30,491 nt of DNA, from IMG/VR virus record IMGVR_UViG_3300020234_000047, positions 1 to 30,491 of that record, one strand, 5' to 3'. Under the pieces are notes generated by a model. That model ran no database searches and was not told the origin of the DNA. It saw nothing but the letters and a program-made list of their open reading frames with translations. Position numbers and translations under genes: made by a program. This document shows, in pieces, positions 17,302 to 24,717 of this stretch. The DNA comes from a virus. Lineage: Duplodnaviria > Caudoviricetes. Numbering within the stretch: the stretch's first letter is position 1; each line of letters starts with the position of its first letter.

Positions 17302-18946
17302 ATCACCTGCGCAGGCAAGACTAATGCGTGCTGTTGCACATGGCTGGAAGCCCGACAGGATCGAAGGTCCGAGTCGTTCAGTTGCACGTGAGTTTGTGGA
17401 CGCTGATCGTGGCATGTACGAAGGCGGACTCGCACCCATGACCGACATCATCCAGAGACTGGAAGCTCCCGGCCTGCACTTTCACAAAGGCGGCAAGATG
17501 GGGTGGGCGGGCGACCAGCCCATGACGATGAAGCAAGCTACGAAGAGACACGGAGGCGGACAGTACGCTGGTGTCGGAGCTTACTTCGGATTGAAGGATA
17601 GCAATTGGTTCTTCAATGAAGAAGATAAGATGTGGTACCCACCGCAGCAGACAGTGACGGGTGAGTCCGCTACTGGAACGCCAACACCAGTTGCGACTCA
17701 AGGTCCCCGTGGTGGTCGAGGCGGACGAGGTGGACGTGGCGGACGTGGTGGTGGAGGTGGAGGTGGACCTCCTCCGCCAAGAATAATTCCGCCGACTGTT
17801 GATCCGATATCTGGTGGGGGCTTGCCTCCCGTGGATTTCACGCCACCACCTCGACGTGAAGGAAGAGACACTGAATTTTCAGCAGCATTACTTGCGCACA
17901 GAGCGCGTGTTGCACAATCATTAGCGGTGCCACCGGGTGGCTACGCAGGAGGAGGAGACGTGAGACGTTATCAGGAAGGGGGCGCAGCTCGTCCCGGACA
18001 CGCTGAATCACCAGCGAACCCGTTCGATTACGACAAGAACAAAGCTCAGTACAACTACTGGGAACGGTTGCACCATGTTGACCCACCTCCGCCGGTAGCT
18101 GAAGCTCCGGAGGAAGAGGAGACGTTGAGTTGGTGGGCACGACTGACCGGTGCAGGTGAAGACATCAAAAGCAAGAGCGAAAGATACCTTGAGTCGCAAG
18201 GTGAAGGGATGGAAGAAGCGCACGGTGGCTACATCGACGCGCCCGGTTATCAGTTCGGTGGACTTGCGCAGGCAAACTTCGGTCGTCCTCCGAGAGGTGG
18301 TGTGCCTCCGCAGATGAGAGGTGGCATGAAGCCTCGCATGGGTGGCGTGCCTCCGCGTATTGATCCGCGTGCGATGCCTCCGCAAGGTGGTGGTGGAGGA
18401 CTGGCGCAGCTGATGCAGCAGCTACAAGGTCAAGCTGGTGGTGGAGGTGACCCGAGATCAATGCCTCCGCAACCATGGCGAGGTGCACCTCCGCCCAGAG
18501 CAATGCCGGGTGGTGGTCGGGGCATGCCGCGACGAGGAATGCCACCACGAGGAATGCCCCCCGGTGGAGGCTTCCCAATGCCGCCGGGTAAAGGACCGAG
18601 ACGCATGGTGCCGCCGAGTCCGCCAAGAGCATTCCCCAATCCGGGCATGCCGCCGGGTGGTGGATTTAATCCGCGAGGGATTCCGGTGCCGCGTGGCATG
18701 CCACCTGATGCAGGTGGACCGGGACGCCCCGGTGGACCACAAATAGCTCCTAATATGCGTGGCTATCTGCAGCAGTCTCGGATGATGAATCGTCCTAGGC
18801 GCGGCGTCCCCGGACCAGCCGGAGCAGGGGGCGCACCACAGAACCGCGTTGGGATGCAGGATCAGCAAGGAGGTCTGGCACGGGCACTCCAAAGAGGGAC
18901 GGGTCGTCCCCCCATGTCACGTCGGTCAGCGTTCCCCGGTAGGTAA
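17291..18946 (+). CDS. Low-complexity, intrinsically disordered protein (551 aa; RGG box, Pro/Gly/Arg/Met-rich C-terminal half)
   Basis: Long ORF on the operon strand with GGAG upstream; N-terminus MPSKSPAQARLMRAVAHG; the repeats use varied synonymous codons, consistent with protein-level selection. Confidence 0.8.
   Translation: MPSKSPAQARLMRAVAHGWKPDRIEGPSRSVAREFVDADRGMYEGGLAPMTDIIQRLEAPGLHFHKGGKMGWAGDQPMTMKQATKRHGGGQYAGVGAYFGLKDSNWFFNEEDKMWYPPQQTVTGESATGTPTPVATQGPRGGRGGRGGRGGRGGGGGGGPPPPRIIPPTVDPISGGGLPPVDFTPPPRREGRDTEFSAALLAHRARVAQSLAVPPGGYAGGGDVRRYQEGGAARPGHAESPANPFDYDKNKAQYNYWERLHHVDPPPPVAEAPEEEETLSWWARLTGAGEDIKSKSERYLESQGEGMEEAHGGYIDAPGYQFGGLAQANFGRPPRGGVPPQMRGGMKPRMGGVPPRIDPRAMPPQGGGGGLAQLMQQLQGQAGGGGDPRSMPPQPWRGAPPPRAMPGGGRGMPRRGMPPRGMPPGGGFPMPPGKGPRRMVPPSPPRAFPNPGMPPGGGFNPRGIPVPRGMPPDAGGPGRPGGPQIAPNMRGYLQQSRMMNRPRRGVPGPAGAGGAPQNRVGMQDQQGGLARALQRGTGRPPMSRRSAFPGR
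17708..17767 (+). repeat. Coding repeat (RGG)5 followed by poly-Gly
   Basis: cgtggtggtcgaggcggacgaggtggacgtggcggacgtggtggtggaggtggaggtgga. Confidence 0.9.
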
Positions 18947-19016
18947 CACCGCATCGGTCGCACTTGTTGTCCTTCCATTCGTGGAAGAGCCAACCGTCTG
19001 CACAGTGAATGTCCAT
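18795..19016 (-). CDS. Small protein with N-terminal C/H-CxxC zinc-ribbon-like motif
   Basis: TAATG coupling to the HAD gene stop and GGAG RBS; HCADGWLFHEWKDNKCDRCG; 3' end overlaps the convergent gene by 152 nt. Confidence 0.55.
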   Translation of the reverse strand: MDIHCADGWLFHEWKDNKCDRCGVTYRGTLTDVTWGDDPSLFGVPVPDLLADPASQRGSVVRPLLRLVRGRRA

Positions 19017-19480
19017 TAATCTCCCTCCAAATTGAGGAATGCATTCGGTGCGTACGCTACACAGTTTAATGGCAGCGCAGTTACCAGTTCGCGAACCTCG
19101 TCTCTGTCATCGACGATGAACAAGGGGTCGTGTTGACGCACCCACTGTACCACCAGATCAGGTCCTTTGATCTTGGTCATGTGAGGTTCACGCTGCAGAA
19201 GATCGACCTGATCCCATAGCCCGTGCAGCTTCAGCCATGCCTCTTCGTGTTTGTACTTATTGATGAAGCGTGTGCTGTAGATGAGTGGACGGATGTCTTC
19301 TTCGATGTACTCGCGCACGAGTGACATGATGTGCGGGCGTGGCGGATCGTCGATGAGCCCTGCGTAATAAGTTTTCCACGCAGTGCGATCACGTTTCTTA
19401 TACTTTTCTTCGTTCGCTAGAAGGGTTGCTAAGCGACCGCTGTGATCACTCAGCGTCCCCTCCAGATCGATCATGATCAC
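19016..19480 (-). CDS. HAD-superfamily phosphatase (T4 PNKP 3'-phosphatase-like domain)
   Basis: Motif I IDLEGTLSD, motif II YSTR, motif IV VDDR; about 154 aa, standalone. Confidence 0.75.
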   Translation of the reverse strand: MIMIDLEGTLSDHSGRLATLLANEEKYKKRDRTAWKTYYAGLIDDPPRPHIMSLVREYIEEDIRPLIYSTRFINKYKHEEAWLKLHGLWDQVDLLQREPHMTKIKGPDLVVQWVRQHDPLFIVDDRDEVRELVTALPLNCVAYAPNAFLNLEGD

Positions 19481-19704
19481 CTTCGTCTCTTGATCACCTT
19501 CCGTTTAGTCCGCTTCTTGGTGCGCCTCTTGGCTCCCGTTCTTTTCTTATCGGGATCAAAGTCACGGAGCTGCTTGCGCATCTCGTTGATGAACTCGACG
19601 ATCACTTCGCGGTCGCCTGAATTGGTCAGGCTCACGCTGAACTTACCGATGAGCTTGCGACCTTCGAGCTGCAACTCTGCCTTACGGTGCTGTTTTAAAA
19701 ACAT
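19477..19704 (-). CDS. Hypothetical basic protein (75 aa)
   Basis: RBS AAGGA upstream; GTGA overlap with the HAD gene; K/R-rich tail. Confidence 0.65.
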   Translation of the reverse strand: MFLKQHRKAELQLEGRKLIGKFSVSLTNSGDREVIVEFINEMRKQLRDFDPDKKRTGAKRRTKKRTKRKVIKRRR

Positions 19705-19706
19705 TG

Positions 19707-19889
19707 TTATTCATCCTTCTTGCGTCGCAGGTACGCTGCACGGAACCGACACTCGTCCGAGCAGTATGTGGTGATCGTGAGACCCTCGAACCGCTTGCCG
19801 CAGTCCGGGTTCTGACACTTTTTCCAGCCGCGCTTGCGCATCATTGCCATCTGCGCACCGATGCTGTCGCTGTGGGCTTGGATTGTCAT
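19707..19889 (-). CDS. Small zinc-finger protein (CGNR-like)
   Basis: CQNPDCGKRF...YCSDECRFRAAYLRR; GGAG RBS; directly downstream of a promoter-like element. Confidence 0.7.
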   Translation of the reverse strand: MTIQAHSDSIGAQMAMMRKRGWKKCQNPDCGKRFEGLTITTYCSDECRFRAAYLRRKKDE

Positions 19890-19920
19890 GCGTTCTATCT
19901 CCAGTATTAATTAGCTCCTT

Positions 19921-19948
19921 AGTATACACACTTCCGCTTACGTGTAAA
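19921..19948 (-). promoter_or_regulatory. Sigma70-like promoter
   Basis: Minus strand reads TTTACA-N16-TATACT in an AT-rich intergenic gap, upstream of a GGAG RBS and the ATG at 19889. Confidence 0.65.
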
Positions 19949-19952
19949 GGGA

Positions 19953-20195
19953 TCAGTTCACCATTTTACGAGCGTCGGCAGCGTGCTTTTTGAGTGCGTC
20001 ACCCATCTTGTCGGCAGCATCTGGAGGCATGCCAACTGTCGTAAGCCGTTGAGTGAACACAATAATTACGTTGCCGTTCTCTACCCCGACGGAGATGCCC
20101 AGCTCTGGAGCATCATCTTCGCCGGAGCCCTCACCAGTCGCTATGATCTTGGAGGTGGTCTTCTCTTCGTCGTCGTTGCCTTTTTCCTTGGTCAT
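19953..20195 (-). CDS. Hypothetical protein (80 aa)
   Basis: ATGA overlap with the upstream gene; GGAG upstream. Confidence 0.65.
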   Translation of the reverse strand: MTKEKGNDDEEKTTSKIIATGEGSGEDDAPELGISVGVENGNVIIVFTQRLTTVGMPPDAADKMGDALKKHAADARKMVN

Positions 20196-20449
20196 TTATC
20201 TCTCTCCGGATTGAGATCGGCCTTCAACTTTTCCACCAGTTGAGGCACGGTGTACCTGCGGGGATCCATTCCCCGATCATATTGAGAGCACGCCTCTGTC
20301 CATGTTTGTGCTACTGCTTCTGCTCGTACGTCACCGACCAATTTCTCTAGTTCGTCGGTGCATTCTTCCATCTGATAGATGCCTTTGCGTCGAGCGTTGT
20401 CGAGCATTTTGTCGAGGATACCCACGACACGTTCGCGATCCCATCTCAT
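20192..20449 (-). CDS. Hypothetical protein (85 aa)
   Basis: TAATG coupling; RBS GGAGG. Confidence 0.7.
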   Translation of the reverse strand: MRWDRERVVGILDKMLDNARRKGIYQMEECTDELEKLVGDVRAEAVAQTWTEACSQYDRGMDPRRYTVPQLVEKLKADLNPERDK

Positions 20450-20862
20450 TAGTATTGTCCTCCGACTGGTCCACGTGGCAGCTCGTCCTCAATGATGGGG
20501 AACTCGTACAGGAAGTTGTCGTCACCTTCGACGGCAACGCGCACAGCCATGCACGCTACTTGAACTGCTTCACGCAGGACTTCAGTCACGCTGGTCCCTT
20601 CACTGCGGTCGTGCTGCATCATTGCTTGCGCAAGTTCACCTACCTCTTCAACCAGTGCACAAAGCATGTGCGTCTTGCCGGGAAAGGCCTCGCGTGCTGC
20701 CGTCAGTTCGTCACGGATCATCTTAATGACCAACCCGTCCGGACTTGTAAGCCGCTCCTCTGCCTTCTCATCAGGCTCGACGCACTGGCAGAGGTCGATG
20801 CCGTTGCCGCATTCGGTGCAGCACTCGACGTGATGTTTGTTGAGGTAGGTGCAGGTGCGCAT
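20449..20862 (-). CDS. MazG-like nucleotide pyrophosphohydrolase with Cys/His-rich N-terminus
   Basis: ALVEEVGELAQA ... LREAVQVACMA (all-alpha NTP-PPase motif); TGATG coupling. Confidence 0.7.
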   Translation of the reverse strand: MRTCTYLNKHHVECCTECGNGIDLCQCVEPDEKAEERLTSPDGLVIKMIRDELTAAREAFPGKTHMLCALVEEVGELAQAMMQHDRSEGTSVTEVLREAVQVACMAVRVAVEGDDNFLYEFPIIEDELPRGPVGGQY

Positions 20863-21080
20863 CAGTACACTCGATGCCCTAGCACGGACAGCTTGTCGAG
20901 AATGTCTCTGACACCCGGAGACTCGTTTAGGCTATCGAGCAGCGTCGTGACTGCTTCCAAGCGCAGCTCCAGTTCTTTCTTCTCTTGCGTCAGCTTCTCG
21001 GTGACACTCGGCGGACGTGCGTCCATGAGTGTGCGTCCTGCTGCTGCTACTTCTTGTGTATTTTCATCTCCGAATGACAT
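20862..21080 (-). CDS. Hypothetical protein (72 aa, coiled coil)
   Basis: RBS GAGGAG; in-operon position. Confidence 0.7.
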   Translation of the reverse strand: MSFGDENTQEVAAAGRTLMDARPPSVTEKLTQEKKELELRLEAVTTLLDSLNESPGVRDILDKLSVLGHRVY

Positions 21081-21091
21081 TGTTATTCTCC

Positions 21092-21586
21092 TCAGTAGTA
21101 CTCTGCGTAAAGCCGGTAATTGTCCGACACTCTAAGTGCTGTATCCAGTATGGACGCAGCTTGTTTAGGATCTTTCCTGCTCAACGTCTCCCACGACATC
21201 TCAAGCAGATCCTCGTGACTTGCCCCGTTAAACTTCGCGGCATCCTTGCCGTGGATAATGTAAATGATGCCCGGAGTTTCTGCAATGATCCAGACAACTC
21301 CACCTGCACTAACGTCGTCTCGTATCCACCGCAGCTGTGACTTGTGCAGTCCCTTCTCCTCGTCTGGAAAGGGCACACGCATGCTGCGGTCGGTCGCTTT
21401 CAATTCGATGGTGCCTACGCCAGCCTTGCCGGGGACTGGTGGTCCAGCTGTCCTCCGTGGACTTTGTCCCACGCAAAAAAATACGTCAGGAAACCCCGGC
21501 GCAGTGTCTGGGGATTCGATTCTGGAGTAATGCCCCAGCGGGAGCGCAACATCCCGGAGCCACTCCCATAAAGTAGATTCCTTCAT
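21092..21586 (-). CDS. PD-(D/E)XK nuclease, Holliday junction resolvase / VRR-NUC-like
   Basis: MKESTLW...RIES...PGFPDV...IELK...LHKSQLRW...GGVVWII pattern; the ATG at 21586 is preferred over the TTG at 21604. Confidence 0.8.
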   Translation of the reverse strand: MKESTLWEWLRDVALPLGHYSRIESPDTAPGFPDVFFCVGQSPRRTAGPPVPGKAGVGTIELKATDRSMRVPFPDEEKGLHKSQLRWIRDDVSAGGVVWIIAETPGIIYIIHGKDAAKFNGASHEDLLEMSWETLSRKDPKQAASILDTALRVSDNYRLYAEYY

Positions 21587-21629
21587 AAAACCGTATTCCC
21601 GCAAAAATATCGCACACTATTTCACCGAT

Positions 21630-23060
21630 TCACCTATAAGGCGCATCTGCGAGGAGGTGACGGGTTTTGCGAATTCTGCGCGCACCTCGCCAAGTTGAGC
21701 CTCGACGCTTTTGTATTTTCTTTTGCCGGTACCGGTCGAGCACGAGCGTCGAGAATTCTTTCTTCTTCGCAACCGCTTCATAAAACTCATCCTCTATAGT
21801 GTCTTCGGCCATCAGGAAGTAGTAGTACACCCAGTCAGTGGTCTCCATGTTCATGATGCGAAAACGCGACTGATCGAACGTTATCCAACTGTGGTCCCAA
21901 CTGTAAAAAACGTACGCATTCGCTGCAGACAGGTCGAAGCCCAAACCGCTCTTAACCTGCAAAATGACGTAATCGACGTCAAACTTGTCATCCCATTCGT
22001 GCTTCCCAGAGATGATTTTGTAGGTCCAGTTGAATTCGTCGAAGAGGGCCGAAATGGCTTCTATCTCGTGCGTGAAGCGACAACAGATAACAGCCTTTTC
22101 TTGCCCAAAACCCGAAAGCAGCTCCATGAGTTTATCGAGCTTTTCCGTGCCGCACGGGATCACAATTCGCTTGCGTTTTCGCTGTCCCGGAATGCGCTCC
22201 TGATGTAGGAGGAAACCACCACAGACCTGCTGCAACTTTTGCGGCAGTGTGACCGGTAGCGGAGCACCCACCGTTAACTCGCCTATGATGGTTTCCATGT
22301 CTGTTTCTAAGTCCGTGTAGATCGCACGCGCTTTACGCTCAAGCTTGAAACGCAGCTTGCGCCTGCGGATGCGCACTGGGGATTTCCCCATGGCGACACG
22401 CGCTTGGTTGAACGTAATTCGATAGATGTACTCATGCATGATTTCGAGTAGTTCGTCTTCATGCTGGTATCCGATGAGGACAGGATATTCTCGCTTATCT
22501 CTGCGTTTGCGAATTTCATAAATGCAGTACCGCTCCTTGAAACTTTCGTAAGTGCCAAAAATTTCTTTGTGACCAATAAAGTCAAAAATTGCCCAGTACT
22601 GTTCAAAGCCCTTGTCGGCTGGCGTGCCTGTTAACGCCAATTTCCACTGTGCACGTTTTGCAATTGTTCGTGCGAACCGGGACTGCGCGGTTCCCGGCTT
22701 TTTGATCATGTGTGCTTCGTCGGCGATGACCATGATGCTCACGCCGTCTTTTTGCCATTTCGTCGTTTCCTTGTACCACTCCTTGCGCAGGCCGAGATTC
22801 TTGACCGGCTCCTGATACGTGATGATGTAGAACTCGCAATCCCAGTCGTTATCGAGATGCTTGTCGATCTCCGTGTCCCATGTCAGGACTGCTTTTTTCG
22901 GACAGATGATGATGCACACATCGGGCTTGCGCTCATCAACAATCGCGAGAGAGACAAGGCACTTCCCTGTGCGTTGCTCTGGGAAAAGGGCGAAGCCATC
23001 GTGCGGCAGTGCCGCAGCGACAGCCTCTTTTTGGTATGAACGAAGTTCAGTCCGGATCAC
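21630..23060 (-). CDS. SNF2-like superfamily 2 helicase
   Basis: Q-motif LRSYQ, Walker A EQRTGK, DEAH, motif III LTGTP, KLQQVCGGF, and C-terminal TIED. Confidence 0.9.
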   Translation of the reverse strand: MIRTELRSYQKEAVAAALPHDGFALFPEQRTGKCLVSLAIVDERKPDVCIIICPKKAVLTWDTEIDKHLDNDWDCEFYIITYQEPVKNLGLRKEWYKETTKWQKDGVSIMVIADEAHMIKKPGTAQSRFARTIAKRAQWKLALTGTPADKGFEQYWAIFDFIGHKEIFGTYESFKERYCIYEIRKRRDKREYPVLIGYQHEDELLEIMHEYIYRITFNQARVAMGKSPVRIRRRKLRFKLERKARAIYTDLETDMETIIGELTVGAPLPVTLPQKLQQVCGGFLLHQERIPGQRKRKRIVIPCGTEKLDKLMELLSGFGQEKAVICCRFTHEIEAISALFDEFNWTYKIISGKHEWDDKFDVDYVILQVKSGLGFDLSAANAYVFYSWDHSWITFDQSRFRIMNMETTDWVYYYFLMAEDTIEDEFYEAVAKKKEFSTLVLDRYRQKKIQKRRGSTWRGARRIRKTRHLLADAPYR

Positions 23061-23842
23061 GCCTTCTTCAGCTCACCGACCGGAATCTCCCATTCACCTT
23101 CTTCATCGTCAACGACGATTGCGATGTCGTCTTCGATGCCCTCGATCACGCCCTGATACTCTTCGCCCTCTTCGTCCTCGAATGTGACGCGAGCACCCGG
23201 TCGCAATGCACCACCTGCTTTTCTACGTGCAGGTTTTTTCTTGGCGGCTTTCTTTTTCTTCGAAGCCTTTTTGCGAGCGGGAGGTGCCTCTTCCTCTTCT
23301 TCTTCTTCTGGCTCTTCCTCTTCTTCTTCAGGCTCCTCTTCTTCTTCCTCCTCCTGTTCTTCAGCAGGCTCCACGTAGCCACCTGCTTTTTCGATCTCCT
23401 CTTCGGCGACCTCAGCAGGCATGTAGCCAGTTACACGAGGCTGGTCTTTCTCTTCGTACTCCTCGTTGGTGATTTCCAGTCCGCATGTGCAGCCGACCAG
23501 ATCGTCAACGTCAAAGTCGAAGGGACCGTCCGGTATGTCGTAGCCCATGGACTCAAGTGCCGTACGCAGCACCCAGAGTGACTGTGGAACCAAAACAAAA
23601 CGGTCAAACACAATTGATCCAGTGTTCGTCTTCCAGCGCACGACGATCATGTCGTTGCCGTTCTGACTGACCTCCTGCTCAGCTTTCATGACTTCACCAA
23701 CGTAGTAACCGTCTGGTGTGGGCTGACCACCTCCAGACTCTACGTCTGTGAAATCAACTGATATGACGTTTTTGCCCCGACGCCCGCGTGACGTCTTTTT
23801 CTTGCCAGCCTTTTTAGCAGGCCGCTTTTTACGTGTCGCCAT
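23057..23842 (-). CDS. Single-stranded DNA-binding protein (DUF669-like) with acidic linker and C-terminal Tudor/SH3-like domain
   Basis: VDFTDVESGG..TPDGYY..EVSQNGNDMI..DDLVG..EEYEEK pattern; directly downstream of the Sak4-like ATPase, the usual exonuclease-Sak4-SSB order. Confidence 0.75.
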   Translation of the reverse strand: MATRKKRPAKKAGKKKTSRGRRGKNVISVDFTDVESGGGQPTPDGYYVGEVMKAEQEVSQNGNDMIVVRWKTNTGSIVFDRFVLVPQSLWVLRTALESMGYDIPDGPFDFDVDDLVGCTCGLEITNEEYEEKDQPRVTGYMPAEVAEEEIEKAGGYVEPAEEQEEEEEEEPEEEEEEPEEEEEEEAPPARKKASKKKKAAKKKPARRKAGGALRPGARVTFEDEEGEEYQGVIEGIEDDIAIVVDDEEGEWEIPVGELKKA

Positions 23843-24717
23843 TACGATTTTCTCCTAAGTTTCTTACGTGTTGGTTTTTTGCCCGAGGTCAAATCCTTGA
23901 TCTTCTGGTACGTCGGGTTGACGATCAGCTCCGGGATTGGACCAGCGGACACTGGTCTGCGGATCTTGGTTGAATAAAATGCGTGTGGGCCGATCCGCAT
24001 GCAGTAGTCCACGTGTCGCACTTCCTCTCGGTCTTCCGTTTCCCACCGCTCTTTAATGAACGTGCAGCCGATGGAATCAACTGCGCCATCGAGGAAAGTG
24101 CCGACTGACGGCATCACGCGTGCACCGATGTTCGGTTCGATGTGTTCGTCTTCCTCATCGCCCGGTTCATCGATGCGCTCGTGCGCAATCATGAGAAGGT
24201 TGTACTGGTCCGCCAGATCGCGGAAGTCAGTAATGAATTGTTTGAGCATGCCGGAGAGCTGTCCCCAGTTACGCTGGCTGAATGTTTCGTCGCGTCCCTT
24301 GCGTTGCTTGCGCAGCACTTCGTACATCCCAAGGTCTTGCAGATTGGTGACCTGATCGATGACAACGGTCTCGTAGTTTAAGCCGTCTTTCAGTTCCCAA
24401 AGCAGCTCGTCCGCTTCAGCCCAATCGGTGATGCGCACGACGTCGATCTGTTCTTCCATTGCGATGGTGTCGGTGCCACGCTCGTTGGTGTCGATGAACA
24501 GGCATGGTCGCGGGAACGTCGAACCGAAATGCGTTTTGCCGGTGCCTGAGCGACCGTACACGAGCATGACAAGGTTGGTCTGCAGCTCACCGACGGGTGT
24601 GATCTTGTCGAGGATAGACGTCGTAGGAGCAGCGGCTTTTTTTATTACCTTGCGTCCCAGAACTTTTTTCTTTGTGACCTTCAATTTCGGCTTCGACTTC
24701 TTCGGTCTAGCTACCAT
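23842..24717 (-). CDS. AAA_24 / Sak4-like ssDNA annealing ATPase
   Basis: Walker A YGRSGTGKT, FIDTNERG, Walker B TVVIDQVT, IAHE; RBS GAGGAG. Confidence 0.85.
   Translation of the reverse strand: MVARPKKSKPKLKVTKKKVLGRKVIKKAAAPTTSILDKITPVGELQTNLVMLVYGRSGTGKTHFGSTFPRPCLFIDTNERGTDTIAMEEQIDVVRITDWAEADELLWELKDGLNYETVVIDQVTNLQDLGMYEVLRKQRKGRDETFSQRNWGQLSGMLKQFITDFRDLADQYNLLMIAHERIDEPGDEEDEHIEPNIGARVMPSVGTFLDGAVDSIGCTFIKERWETEDREEVRHVDYCMRIGPHAFYSTKIRRPVSAGPIPELIVNPTYQKIKDLTSGKKPTRKKLRRKS

Noticed and set aside
19711-19929. 72-aa alternative minus-strand ORF
   Set aside because: Starts inside the promoter element and overlaps the better supported zinc-finger ORF in another frame.
20302-21135. 277-aa plus-strand ORF
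   Set aside because: Antisense shadow of several coupled minus-strand genes with good RBSs; no recognisable motifs.
21617-21730. Possible +1 frameshift at the helicase 3' end (A-rich CAAAAGAAAATACAAAAG giving ...KYKSVEAQLGEVRAEFAKP...)
   Set aside because: No canonical slippery site or stimulatory structure; the in-frame basic tail matches the basic tails of neighbouring proteins.
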